Source of the DNA: an uncultured Clostridia bacterium
GTDB lineage: Bacteria > Bacillota > Clostridia > Christensenellales > Borkfalkiaceae
DNA length: 19,473 nt
Assembly (NCBI GenBank): GCA_945833955.1
Contig: CAMAGA010000015.1
Span: 1 to 19,473, forward strand
Direction of reading: 5' to 3'
A program made the translations under genes and the position numbers. Shown here piece after piece: positions 1 through 7,705 of the stretch (positions are counted from its first letter, which is position 1; each line of letters opens with the position of its first letter). The notes below the pieces were generated by a model. It ran no database searches, was not told the DNA's origin, and saw only the letters and a list, made by a program, of their open reading frames with translations.

Positions 1-32
1 ATTCTTTTTCATATACAAAACCCTCCTTGGGG

Positions 33-70
33 GAATAAAAAAGCGAACCCTTATTGCAATAAGGATTCGC
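33..70 (-). terminator. Rho-independent terminator downstream of tRNA-Arg
   Basis: Minus strand: 12-bp stem (gcgaatccttat / ataagggttcgc, one C.A mismatch), 4-nt loop, then UUUUUU (plus 37-42 aaaaaa). Sits immediately 3' of the tRNA CCA end. Confidence 0.7.
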
Positions 71-71
71 T

Positions 72-148
72 TGGTGCGTCGTAAGAGATTCGAACTCCTG
101 GCCTTCGGTTCCGTAGACCGACGCTATATCCAGCTTAGCTAACGGCGC
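72..148 (-). tRNA. tRNA-Arg (anticodon ACG), 77 nt, encoded CCA
   Basis: Reverse complement reads GCGCCGTTAGCTAAGCTGGATATAGCGTCGGTCTACGGAACCGAAGGCCAGGAGTTCGAATCTCTTACGACGCACCA. 7-bp acceptor stem with one mismatch, D-arm AGCTAAGCTGGATATAGC, anticodon stem TCGGT/ACCGA with loop CTACGGA (U33, ACG), T-arm GGAGTTCGAATCTCC-like, 3' CCA. Confidence 0.9.
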
Positions 149-169
149 ATTTGTTTTATAACGCTTGCT

Positions 170-198
170 ATTATATATCCTTCTCGCCTTCTTGTCAA
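170..198 (-). promoter_or_regulatory. Consensus sigma-70 promoter for tRNA-Arg (TTGACA-17-TATAAT)
   Basis: Minus strand reads ggataaaaacgcTTGACAagaaggcgagaaggataTATAATagcaagcg. -35 = plus 193-198, -10 = plus 170-175, exact 17-nt spacer. Predicted TSS about 15 nt upstream of the mature tRNA 5' end. Confidence 0.8.
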
Positions 199-200
199 GC

Positions 201-250
201 GTTTTTATCCCTGTTTTTGATTTTTTTTGAAAAAATCTGTTTCTCTTTTC
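201..250. other. AT-rich tract next to the DnaA boxes (candidate DNA unwinding element)
   Basis: cgtttttatccctgtttttgattttttttgaaaaaatctgtttctcttttcc: long T/A runs in an otherwise ~55% GC window, placed between the tRNA promoter and the first perfect DnaA box. Confidence 0.35.
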
Positions 251-259
251 CCTTCCCCT

Positions 260-616
260 TTATCCACAGAGCGGTGGAAAACTTTCCACCTTCCGTGTAC
301 AAAATGTGGATAACTCCAAACGTTCTGTTCGTAAAAACCAAAAAGTTATCCACATAGTTATCCACAGAATGTGTATAAGTCCGTGTTTATACACATTTTT
401 CCACAGCATTCCCCAACGCACGGTTTTTCTTTGGGGGAAAGGCGTGGATAAACTCCGCCCGATTGTGGATAAATTCTTTCCGAAAACCCCTCGTTTCTAT
501 ACAAAATCCGTCGATTTGTCGATAAATTTGGAGTTATCCACCGAAAAGCGAAAGTTATCCACATTCGGATTGTGGATAACTTGGTGGATAAGCGGTTTTT
601 TTTGCGGTTATCCACA
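260..616. promoter_or_regulatory. DnaA-box cluster (candidate oriC or DnaA-titration/regulatory cluster)
   Basis: Perfect TTATCCACA at 260-268(+), 346-354(+), 358-366(+), 555-563(+), 608-616(+). Perfect TGTGGATAA (same box, other strand) at 305-313, 464-472, 571-579. One-mismatch boxes at 370-378, 387-395 (these two form an inverted pair), 397-405, 443-451, 534-542, 583-591. Fourteen boxes in about 360 bp of non-coding DNA. Confidence 0.85.
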
Positions 617-624
617 ATTCCGCC

Positions 625-659
625 GAAAATTATCCCCTTTTCCGCAGAAAAGGGGATAG
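625..659 (-). terminator. Terminator for the gltX-HK-RR unit
   Basis: Inverted repeat tatcccctttt-ccgcag-aaaaggggata (11-bp stem) directly after the response-regulator stop (663). On the minus strand it is followed by AUUUUC. The left arm is itself a degenerate DnaA box. Confidence 0.5.
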
Positions 660-662
660 CTT

Positions 663-1307
663 TTACAGAATATTTTTTAATTTGTTGAGTGCGCCGGCAC
701 GGTTTTCCGCACCGATCTTTTTGTAGATATTGCTGATATGGTTGCGGGCAGAGCCGTCCGAAAGCTTCAGAGCCGTTGCAATCTGGCGGTTGGTGAAGCC
801 GTCGTACAGCATGAGCGCAACTTCCGCTTCCCGTTCGGAAAGGTCAAAGGTATGGCGGAGTTTAACGATGCGGTCGTCCGAAACCTGTTTTGCCGCTTCC
901 GCAATTTTGACTGCAATGCGGGAAGGCAGAATGGTATCGCCCTTGTAGGCGTTGCGGATGGAATCTACCAGAATTTCCGCGGAAACGTCCTTTAAAAGAT
1001 AGCCGCTTGCGCCGTAGTTCATGGCGTCGAGAATATATTCCCGATCGTCAAACGTGGTGAGAATGATGACTTTTACGTTGGGATATTGCGTTTTGATATG
1101 CTGCGTTGCCACCACGCCGTTCATGTTGGACATACGGATATCCATCAGCACGACGTCCACGGGCACTTCCGCTAATTTTGCAAGCGCCTCTTCGCCGTCG
1201 TAGGCGGTTGCCACTACGGACAGCCCCTCCGCGCGGCTGAGAATTTCCGAAAGCCCGTTTACGAGCAGTTCCTGATCGTCGCAAATGAGTACTTTAATTG
1301 GATCCAT
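663..1307 (-). CDS. Two-component response regulator, NarL/LuxR family (REC + LuxR HTH)
   Basis: 214 aa. N-terminal receiver (VLICDDQELLVNGL...VDVVLMDIRMSNMNG...KVIILTTFDD). C-terminal LuxR-type HTH (LSEREAEVALMLYDGFTNRQIATALKLSDGSARNHISNIYKKIG). GGGAGG SD 5 nt before the ATG. Start overlaps the upstream kinase stop by 14 nt. Confidence 0.9.
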   Translation of the reverse strand: MDPIKVLICDDQELLVNGLSEILSRAEGLSVVATAYDGEEALAKLAEVPVDVVLMDIRMSNMNGVVATQHIKTQYPNVKVIILTTFDDREYILDAMNYGASGYLLKDVSAEILVDSIRNAYKGDTILPSRIAVKIAEAAKQVSDDRIVKLRHTFDLSEREAEVALMLYDGFTNRQIATALKLSDGSARNHISNIYKKIGAENRAGALNKLKNIL

Positions 1308-2649
1308 TTTTACCTCCCATAGAATCGCCTTCCTGTTCGGTCAGCGGCAAAGTGATATGTATTTCAAAACCCTCTTCCGGTTCGGAATAGAAACTGAATT
1401 GACCGTGGAACCGTTCGCACATCTTCCGAAGGCCCTGAATGCCGTAGCCTTCCCGCAATAGCTCGATATCTGCGCCGCAGCCGTTATCGGAGAGCAGTAT
1501 ATCCACTTCCCCTTTTTTGCGCTGCTTGATTTCCAGATAAAAGGCGTTGGCTTTACCGTGTCGGATTCCGTTGGAAATGCCTTCCTGCACGATGGAGCTG
1601 ATTGCCGCACCCATCTCCTGCGAAACGAAAATCTGGTCTACGTCCGTGCGGAATTTAATGTGTCCGCCCACCGTAACGTTATCCACGATGGTGGCAATTT
1701 CCGTTTGCAGGTTGTTGATGCTCGTCGTGTTCGTGCCGTGTACCGTCTGTCGAATCGCTTCCATCGTCTTTTTGGCGTTGAAATTGGCGGAAACGATCAT
1801 GCTGAGTGCGTCCTCATACCGCCCGTTTTGCAGTGCGACCCTTGCCGCTTCCGTCTGCATGATGACGATCGTCATGGTATGCCCGGCGTTGTTGTGAATG
1901 GAAAGACTGATTCGCTCCTGTTCCTTGAGTTTGATTACTTCCTCGATGGCGGCCCTGCCCCGAACGAGTTCCTTGTTTGCCTGTTCGAGCTGTCCGTTCC
2001 GCTCGTTGAGCATACGGTTGGCTTCATCCAGCGCCTTGTTCTTATCTTTGAGTTCCTTGTTCTTTTTGTCTATCTCCCTGTTCTTTTCCTGCATGGAAAG
2101 ATTGTTCCGATAGTTGAATACGATAAAGTTGATGGCAAAGAAATGAAAGATAAAATAGAGCGTATCGTTTAAAATCTGACTGGTCAGCTGCGCCGCGTCT
2201 ATATTCCAGAACGTGAATCCGCAGGCGAGAGAGGCAACGATATAGATCAGAAGCACCACGGCGAACATGACCATCGTATCCCGCAAGCGGGGGGAGCTCG
2301 TGTAGAACTCCGTGAGAATAATGAGGAACATGGACGACATACTGATGCCGCCTGCAAAGCACATCATGACGACGAGGCAGATGACGTCTATCACGTAGCA
2401 GACTTCCTTTTGCTTGAAGGAATGCAAGCGGAACATTTTGATTGCGTTTTCCAAAAGCAGTATGACCTCGGCGCCGAGAATGGGTATCCAGCTTAACGTA
2501 TCAAAGCTTTCCGCAAGCGCCACCACGGACATGACGACCAGAAACCCGAAAATGATGAGCTTGCCGTACAGGATGAACTTGGTCTGTTTGCGGAAAAAGT
2601 CCGCCCAATACTCCCAGATTTGCTTCGGTAAATCTTTCAGCCTCTTCAC
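1294..2649 (-). CDS. Sensor histidine kinase, NarL-partner type (polytopic membrane sensor + HisKA_3 + HATPase_c)
   Basis: 451 aa. About 5-6 hydrophobic helices in the first ~200 aa, coiled-coil linker (EKNREIDKKNKELKDKNKALDEANRMLNERNGQLEQANKEL), H-box ERISLSIHNNAGHTMT (DesK/LiaS-like), C-terminal ATPase G-boxes (DNGCGADI...GYGIQGLRKMCERFHG). GTG start in a GTGA overlap with the gltX stop. GGAG SD 10 nt upstream. Confidence 0.85.
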   Translation of the reverse strand: MKRLKDLPKQIWEYWADFFRKQTKFILYGKLIIFGFLVVMSVVALAESFDTLSWIPILGAEVILLLENAIKMFRLHSFKQKEVCYVIDVICLVVMMCFAGGISMSSMFLIILTEFYTSSPRLRDTMVMFAVVLLIYIVASLACGFTFWNIDAAQLTSQILNDTLYFIFHFFAINFIVFNYRNNLSMQEKNREIDKKNKELKDKNKALDEANRMLNERNGQLEQANKELVRGRAAIEEVIKLKEQERISLSIHNNAGHTMTIVIMQTEAARVALQNGRYEDALSMIVSANFNAKKTMEAIRQTVHGTNTTSINNLQTEIATIVDNVTVGGHIKFRTDVDQIFVSQEMGAAISSIVQEGISNGIRHGKANAFYLEIKQRKKGEVDILLSDNGCGADIELLREGYGIQGLRKMCERFHGQFSFYSEPEEGFEIHITLPLTEQEGDSMGGKNGSN

Positions 2650-4100
2650 TGTGCGGACTCCAGAAGCGCAATCGCATGATCCAACCGGGCAAGCGTTCTT
2701 TCCTTACCCAACAGTTCCGCCATTTCGCTTGCGCCGCCGGGCGTGCTTTCCTTACCGGTGAGCGCAACCCGCACGCCCCAAAGCACCTGCGAGTTTTTCA
2801 TTCCCATGGAAACCGCCAGATTTTTGAGCGCTTCGTACAGCGCGGCGTTCGAGTAGTCGTCCGTTTGCGCCAGTACCGCTCTTGCGGCAGGCAGCACTTT
2901 TTTGGCGATGGAAACGTCGCTCTTCATCTTTTTATGCGTGTACAGCGCAGGGTCTATCTCGCCGTATTCTTCTAAAAAGTTGACCTTTTCGGGAATTTCG
3001 CTTAAAACGTCCACTCTCGTTTTTACGAGCGCAACCAGCTTGGCAAGGTCGTATTTGCCGTATACCTTGCTCTTGGCAAAGTACGGTTCGGCAAGGGCGG
3101 TAAACTTTTCCACGGGCATTTCCTTATAGTACTCGCCGGAAAGCCAGCGGAGCTTGGCTTCGTCGAAGATGGAAGGGGACTTGGAAATGCCGTTTACGTC
3201 GAACTTTTCAATCATTTCCGCAAGCGTCATCTTTTCCACGCCGTCCTTGGGTGCCCAGCCGAGCAAGGCAATGTAATTGAGCACCGCTTCCTTGCAGTAA
3301 CCTTTGGCGATCAGGTCCTGATAGCTTGCGTCGCCGTTCCGCTTGGAAAGCTTGTGCTGTTCGTCCTTCATGACGGGCGATACGTGAATGTATACGGGGC
3401 GATCCCAGCCGAAGGTATCGTAAATCAAGTTGTACTTGGGCGTGGAGGAGAGGTATTCGATGCCGCGGATGACGTGCGTAATGCCCATGAGGTGGTCGTC
3501 TATCACGTTTGCAAAGTTATAGGTGGGCATACCGTCGCTCTTTAAAAGAATGCCGTCCTCGATATCCTTATAGTCCACGGAGATTTCCCCGAATACGAGG
3601 TCCTGATAGGTTCCCTTTCCTTCCGTGGGTACGTTCTGGCGGATGACGTACGGTTCGCCTGCGGCGATGCGCGCTTTTACCTCTTCCTTGGAAAGGGACA
3701 GGCAGTGCTTGTCGTAACGGGTAATGCCGTTTTCGTTCTTTAAGGACGCAATGCGCTCCTGCGAGCAGAAGCACGGGTAAGCGCCGCCCAGCTCCACGAG
3801 TTTTTCCGCATACTTTTTGTAGATGCCGCTCTGCATACGTTCGCTCTGCACGTAAGGGCCGTATCCCTTGTCCTTATCGGGTCCCTCGTCGTGGTCCATG
3901 CCTACGTCCTGCAGGGTACGGTAAATGACGTCTACCGCGCCTTCCACAAAGCGTTCCGTATCGGTATCTTCGATGCGGAGGATAAAGTCGCCTTTATTCT
4001 TTTTTGCGAACAGGTATTCGTACAGCGCAGTCCGCAAATTGCCGATATGCATATATCCCGTGGGGGAGGGCGCAAATCTCGTTCTTACTTTCTTTTCCAT
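2646..4100 (-). CDS. gltX: Glutamyl-tRNA synthetase
   Basis: 484 aa. N-terminus MEKKVRTRFAPSPTGYMHIGNLRTALYEY carries the class I HIGH-type motif, and KLSKR is the KMSKS motif. Colinear with Bacillus GltX over its whole length. Stop overlaps the downstream kinase GTG start. Confidence 0.95.
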   Translation of the reverse strand: MEKKVRTRFAPSPTGYMHIGNLRTALYEYLFAKKNKGDFILRIEDTDTERFVEGAVDVIYRTLQDVGMDHDEGPDKDKGYGPYVQSERMQSGIYKKYAEKLVELGGAYPCFCSQERIASLKNENGITRYDKHCLSLSKEEVKARIAAGEPYVIRQNVPTEGKGTYQDLVFGEISVDYKDIEDGILLKSDGMPTYNFANVIDDHLMGITHVIRGIEYLSSTPKYNLIYDTFGWDRPVYIHVSPVMKDEQHKLSKRNGDASYQDLIAKGYCKEAVLNYIALLGWAPKDGVEKMTLAEMIEKFDVNGISKSPSIFDEAKLRWLSGEYYKEMPVEKFTALAEPYFAKSKVYGKYDLAKLVALVKTRVDVLSEIPEKVNFLEEYGEIDPALYTHKKMKSDVSIAKKVLPAARAVLAQTDDYSNAALYEALKNLAVSMGMKNSQVLWGVRVALTGKESTPGGASEMAELLGKERTLARLDHAIALLESAQ

Positions 4101-4212
4101 AAATATCCGATTGACTCCTTATGTTGTTTCTTTTCTCCGGAAGGGGCTTTTAAAATATTTTCAAAAAATAAAAATTATGCCCCGAATCTATTTTACCATA
4201 TTTTCAAAAAAG

Positions 4213-4220
4213 TGTATAAT
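4213..4220 (+). promoter_or_regulatory. Extended -10 promoter element (TGTATAAT) for the dipeptidase gene
   Basis: TGnTATAAT at 4213-4220, 34 nt upstream of the ATG at 4255. AAAGGTGGA SD at 4241-4249. Confidence 0.5.
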
Positions 4221-4254
4221 TATTTTAGACAGTTTTTTTAAAAAGGTGGACATC

Positions 4255-5562
4255 ATGCAAGAATATTTTCAGGAAATCGTAAAATCGATCAGCGAAATCG
4301 TAAAATTCGACTCCGTACAGACGGCCCCCCTCGAAGGTATGCCCTTCGGGAAAGGAACGGCGGATTCCCTCCGCTATTTTTTGGAGCTTGCCCAAAGCTT
4401 TGGTTTTGAAACGCATAACTATGATAACTATATCGGCGAAGTCGTCTTCGGCAACGGCAAGGAATTTGCCATTTTGGCGCATCTGGACGTCGTGCCCGTG
4501 GGCAACGGCTGGGAGCACGATCCGTTCGGCGGAGAAATCGACCCGGTGAACGAAAAGATCTGGGGCAGAGGCACCATGGACGACAAGGGCCCCGCCATCG
4601 TTACGCTGTATGCGTTGCGCGCCTTAAAGGAAGAGGGTTTTATCCCCAACCGCAAAATCAAACTCATCGTCGGCTGCAACGAGGAAGCCGGCTGGGAGTG
4701 CATTCAGCATTACAGAAAGGTCGCCGTCATGCCGGAAGAAGGCTTTTCGCCCGACGCGGAATTCCCCATCATCTATGCGGAAAAGGGCATTCACCCCGTG
4801 CGCATAGCCTATAAACTCCCTACGCCTGCGCCCTTTGCTGCCTTGCAGGGCGGAACGGTTGTCAACGCCGTCTGCGATTACTGCGAGGCAACGCTTGCAA
4901 ACGGAGTGGAACCCGACTACGAAAAACTGGAAAAGTTCGGACTGACGTTCGTGCCCGGTTGCGAGCAGAATTGCAAATACTGCAAGGATGGCGGAAAAAT
5001 TGTTTCCCGCGGCGTAGCGGCGCACGCTTCCACGCCGGAAAAGGGCAAAAATGCCATTGAACCTTTGCTCCGTTACTTCGGGTTGGACGATTTGGCGGAC
5101 GTCCTGTTTGCCGACCGTTGCGGCATACAAAAATTGCAGGATGAAACGGGTCACCTCACCTTTTCGCCCGACCTTGTAACTTTGGAAGACGGCGTTCTGT
5201 ATTTTACCTGCGACATCCGTTACCCGGCAACGCTCACTTCCCAAGACGTATGCGCCGCTTTGGATACGTTCGGCCTGCCCTATACCGTTCTGGAAGACAA
5301 AAAGCCGCTCTTTTGCGACAAGAACAGCCCGCTTATTCAGACCCTGCTCGGCGTTTATAACTCCGTCACCGGGGAACACGCACAGCCCATAGCCATCGGC
5401 GGCGGCACGTATGCAAGGGCGTTGAAAAACGGTTGCGGATTCGGCCCGGAAACCGCCGATATCGACAACCGCATTCACAACAGCAACGAATTTATTACCT
5501 TCGGGCAGATCCGCCTCATGTACGAAGTCTACTATCGGGCGATTGCCGCCGTCTGCCAATAA
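4255..5562 (+). CDS. M20-family metallopeptidase, PepV/Sapep-like dipeptidase
   Basis: 435 aa from the ATG at 4255 (strong SD aaaGGTGGAcatc). The ORF-track start at 3925 lies inside and antisense to gltX and is not credible. Motifs ILAHLDVVPVGNGWEHDPF and GRGTMDDKG, with the ~435-aa length, are M20A hallmarks. Confidence 0.85.
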   Translation: MQEYFQEIVKSISEIVKFDSVQTAPLEGMPFGKGTADSLRYFLELAQSFGFETHNYDNYIGEVVFGNGKEFAILAHLDVVPVGNGWEHDPFGGEIDPVNEKIWGRGTMDDKGPAIVTLYALRALKEEGFIPNRKIKLIVGCNEEAGWECIQHYRKVAVMPEEGFSPDAEFPIIYAEKGIHPVRIAYKLPTPAPFAALQGGTVVNAVCDYCEATLANGVEPDYEKLEKFGLTFVPGCEQNCKYCKDGGKIVSRGVAAHASTPEKGKNAIEPLLRYFGLDDLADVLFADRCGIQKLQDETGHLTFSPDLVTLEDGVLYFTCDIRYPATLTSQDVCAALDTFGLPYTVLEDKKPLFCDKNSPLIQTLLGVYNSVTGEHAQPIAIGGGTYARALKNGCGFGPETADIDNRIHNSNEFITFGQIRLMYEVYYRAIAAVCQ

Positions 5563-5594
5563 ACAGACAAAGGGAATTGCTACAAAACAAGCAT

Positions 5595-5634
5595 AAAAAA
5601 TTGTGATAAGGATATACCTTATCACAATTTTTTT
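5595..5634. terminator. Bidirectional rho-independent terminator between convergent genes
   Basis: aaaaaa-ttgtgataagg-atata-ccttatcacaa-ttttttt: perfect 12-13-bp stem flanked by an A-run and a T-run. Serves the + dipeptidase gene (stop 5562) and the - kinase gene (stop 5746). Confidence 0.8.
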
Positions 5635-5650
5635 ACAGGAAAAAACGACG

Positions 5651-5688
5651 TTCTTTTCGGGTATCGGTGCCGCCGATATCCGAAAGAA
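5651..5688 (-). terminator. Second, imperfect hairpin after the kinase stop (possible additional terminator)
   Basis: ttcttttcgggtatcggtgc / gccgatatccgaaagaa, about 16 bp with 3 bulges. On the minus strand it is followed by CGUCG-UUUUU. Confidence 0.3.
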
Positions 5689-5745
5689 TACTTTTTATAT
5701 AAAACCAAAGGATTGTATTCGCTGACTATTACTATTGCTTTTACT

Positions 5746-6846
5746 TTATATGCTTTTGACTTTGACCGTAAAGGTACTGCCCTTGCCTACCACGCTGTCC
5801 GCCGAAATTTCCCCCTGCAACAGCACGAGTATGCGCTTGACGAGCGCCAGTCCCAGACCGTTGCCTTCCTTGGTGTGGGAGCTGTCCCCCTGATAGAACT
5901 TATCAAAGATATGCCCGAGCTCTTCCAAAGGTATACCGGGGCCGTGGTCGGATATCTCCGTTACCACGTATTCGCCCGCCCGATAACTTTTTACGCCGAC
6001 GTATCCGCCCGGTTGGGAAAATTTAACGGCGTTGCCGATCAGGTTCGTCCAGACGGTGTAGAGCAGATCCTCGTCCGTGGTGATTTCCATAGGTTCTAAG
6101 TCGATATCCAATTCGAGGTCCTTTTCCGTCCACTGCTTTTCATAGGAGAGAATACTTTGCCGTATCTGTTCGTCCAGGGAAAAGGTGGATTGCTGTATAA
6201 CGAGCGTCTGATTTTCCAGTCGGGAAAGTTTGAGGATGTTCTGCGTGAGCGTCGTCAGGCGTTTGGAGGACTCGATGATGAGGGAGGTATAGTTATTCCG
6301 CTCCTCCTCGCTGAGCGTCGGGTCCTGCAAGAGCGTCGCATACCCCTGAATGGTGGAGAGCGGCGTCTTCATTTCGTGGGAAACGTTGGCTACGAAGTCG
6401 TTTTTGAGCATCTCCATTTTGCCGAGTTCCTGCACCATTGCGTTGAAGTTCTGAATCAGGGTGCTCACTTCATCGTCTTCCTTGCGCAAACAGGGATCTT
6501 TTACGATCACGGTAAAATCGCCCTTGGCAACCTTGGTGGAGGCTTTGCTGATCTTGTGTATGGGATTGAGGTATCTTCGGATAATGACTGCGGAAAGGAC
6601 CGTTCCCGCAACGATGCTGCACAGCCCGATAATGCCGATAATATAGATATTGATGCCTATAAAAACAACGAGCTTGGCGTGTACCAGAAGGAACAGGATG
6701 CCTAAGAATGCAGAGATCGTAACGAACATGGAATTAAAACAAATCCATACGATCCGGAGCGTCAACTGCCCGGAAAAGAGACCTTCCGCCTCTTCCCTTG
6801 CGTCCTCTTCCTCTCTTTTCGTTTGTTTCGGTCTATTGTTTTTCAT
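5746..6846 (-). CDS. Sensor histidine kinase, OmpR-partner type (2 TM, short loop, HAMP, HisKA, HATPase_c), TCS-1
   Basis: 366 aa. Two TM segments with a very short extracytoplasmic loop, HAMP-like AKGDFTVIV, H-box NDFVANVSHEMKTPLSTIQGY, G-boxes GNGLGLALVKRIL and GKGSTFTVKV. ATGA overlap with the upstream response regulator. Confidence 0.9.
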   Translation of the reverse strand: MKNNRPKQTKREEEDAREEAEGLFSGQLTLRIVWICFNSMFVTISAFLGILFLLVHAKLVVFIGINIYIIGIIGLCSIVAGTVLSAVIIRRYLNPIHKISKASTKVAKGDFTVIVKDPCLRKEDDEVSTLIQNFNAMVQELGKMEMLKNDFVANVSHEMKTPLSTIQGYATLLQDPTLSEEERNNYTSLIIESSKRLTTLTQNILKLSRLENQTLVIQQSTFSLDEQIRQSILSYEKQWTEKDLELDIDLEPMEITTDEDLLYTVWTNLIGNAVKFSQPGGYVGVKSYRAGEYVVTEISDHGPGIPLEELGHIFDKFYQGDSSHTKEGNGLGLALVKRILVLLQGEISADSVVGKGSTFTVKVKSI

Positions 6847-7529
6847 GAAACGTTCCCTTTGTTTTTGACGACTTTATAGCCGAGCCCCCGCACCGTAACG
6901 ATGGAAAAATCGGGGTTGTTTTTGAACTTTTCCCGAAGCCTCGTGATATGCACGTCCACCGTGCGCTCGTAGCTTTCGCTGTCCATTCCCCAGAACTCGT
7001 CCATCAGATTGCTCCGCGTGAAAATTTTATCGGGGTAGGATAATAGCTTGAACAGAATATAGAATTCCTTGGGCGGCAACACCACGAGGGCATCTTCCCT
7101 TTTTACGGTAAGCGTATCGTAGTCGGCAACCGTTTTGCCTACCGTTACCCGATGCGCATTGGCGATATTGGAGCGGCGTAAAAGGGCGGTAACGCGCAGC
7201 ACGAGCTCGTTGATGTCGATCGGCTTGACCATGTAATCGTCCACGCCGATGGAAAACCCCCGCTGTTTGGAAGCAAAATCGTCCTTTGCCGTTACGAACA
7301 GTATGGGCATGGTGGCGGAATCCTTGCGGACCTCTTTGGCAAAATCGAAGCCGTCCATGCCGGGCATCATGATGTCGGAAATAATCAGGTCAAACTGCGC
7401 GGACTCGAATGCGGCAAAGGCTTCCGCAGGATTGCCGACGCCTGCGGCGGCATAGCCGTTCCGCTCCAAAACCGTGCAGATGAGTTTATTCAAATTTCGG
7501 TCGTCTTCGACTACCAGAATACGAAACAT
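6843..7529 (-). CDS. OmpR-family response regulator (REC + winged helix), TCS-1
   Basis: 228 aa from MFRILVVEDD (AAAGGAG SD 9 nt upstream). The ORF track extends to 7571 without an SD. Receiver motifs DLIISDIMMPGMDG and ILFVTAKDD. C-terminal trans_reg_C (LLSYPDKIFTRSNLMDEFWG...VDVHITRLREK). Confidence 0.9.
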   Translation of the reverse strand: MFRILVVEDDRNLNKLICTVLERNGYAAAGVGNPAEAFAAFESAQFDLIISDIMMPGMDGFDFAKEVRKDSATMPILFVTAKDDFASKQRGFSIGVDDYMVKPIDINELVLRVTALLRRSNIANAHRVTVGKTVADYDTLTVKREDALVVLPPKEFYILFKLLSYPDKIFTRSNLMDEFWGMDSESYERTVDVHITRLREKFKNNPDFSIVTVRGLGYKVVKNKGNVS

Positions 7530-7705
7530 AATCCTATACTCCTTTCTTTTCCTTTTTATTATAGCATACATTTATGAATGGATTATAAACTTTTTGGGTA
7601 AAAAAAGGTTTTCGCAACTTTTTTTCGGCAAAACGGCAGGGTCGGAGACTGCGCAAAGGCAGGGGAAAAGCCGCCCTCTGAATATGCGGGACGGGTGCCG
7701 AAGCA

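Noticed and set aside
1558-2172. 204-aa plus-strand ORF and other plus ORFs inside the first kinase and gltX (2676-2975, 3354-3545, 3891-4241)
   Set aside because: All antisense to strongly supported genes.
3925-4254. N-terminal 110 codons of the ORF-track version of the dipeptidase
   Set aside because: This extension overlaps gltX on the opposite strand and the divergent promoter region. The internal ATG at 4255 has a strong SD and gives a canonical M20 length.
4101-4254. T-box riboswitch upstream of gltX
   Set aside because: Leader is only about 150 nt and AT-rich, with no specifier/antiterminator T-box core (no AATTAGGGTGGTACCGCG-like element).
4624-5625. 333-aa minus-strand ORF
   Set aside because: Lies fully antisense to the well-supported M20 dipeptidase gene. 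Arg/Ala/Gly/Val-rich composition typical of a GC-rich antisense frame. No SD.
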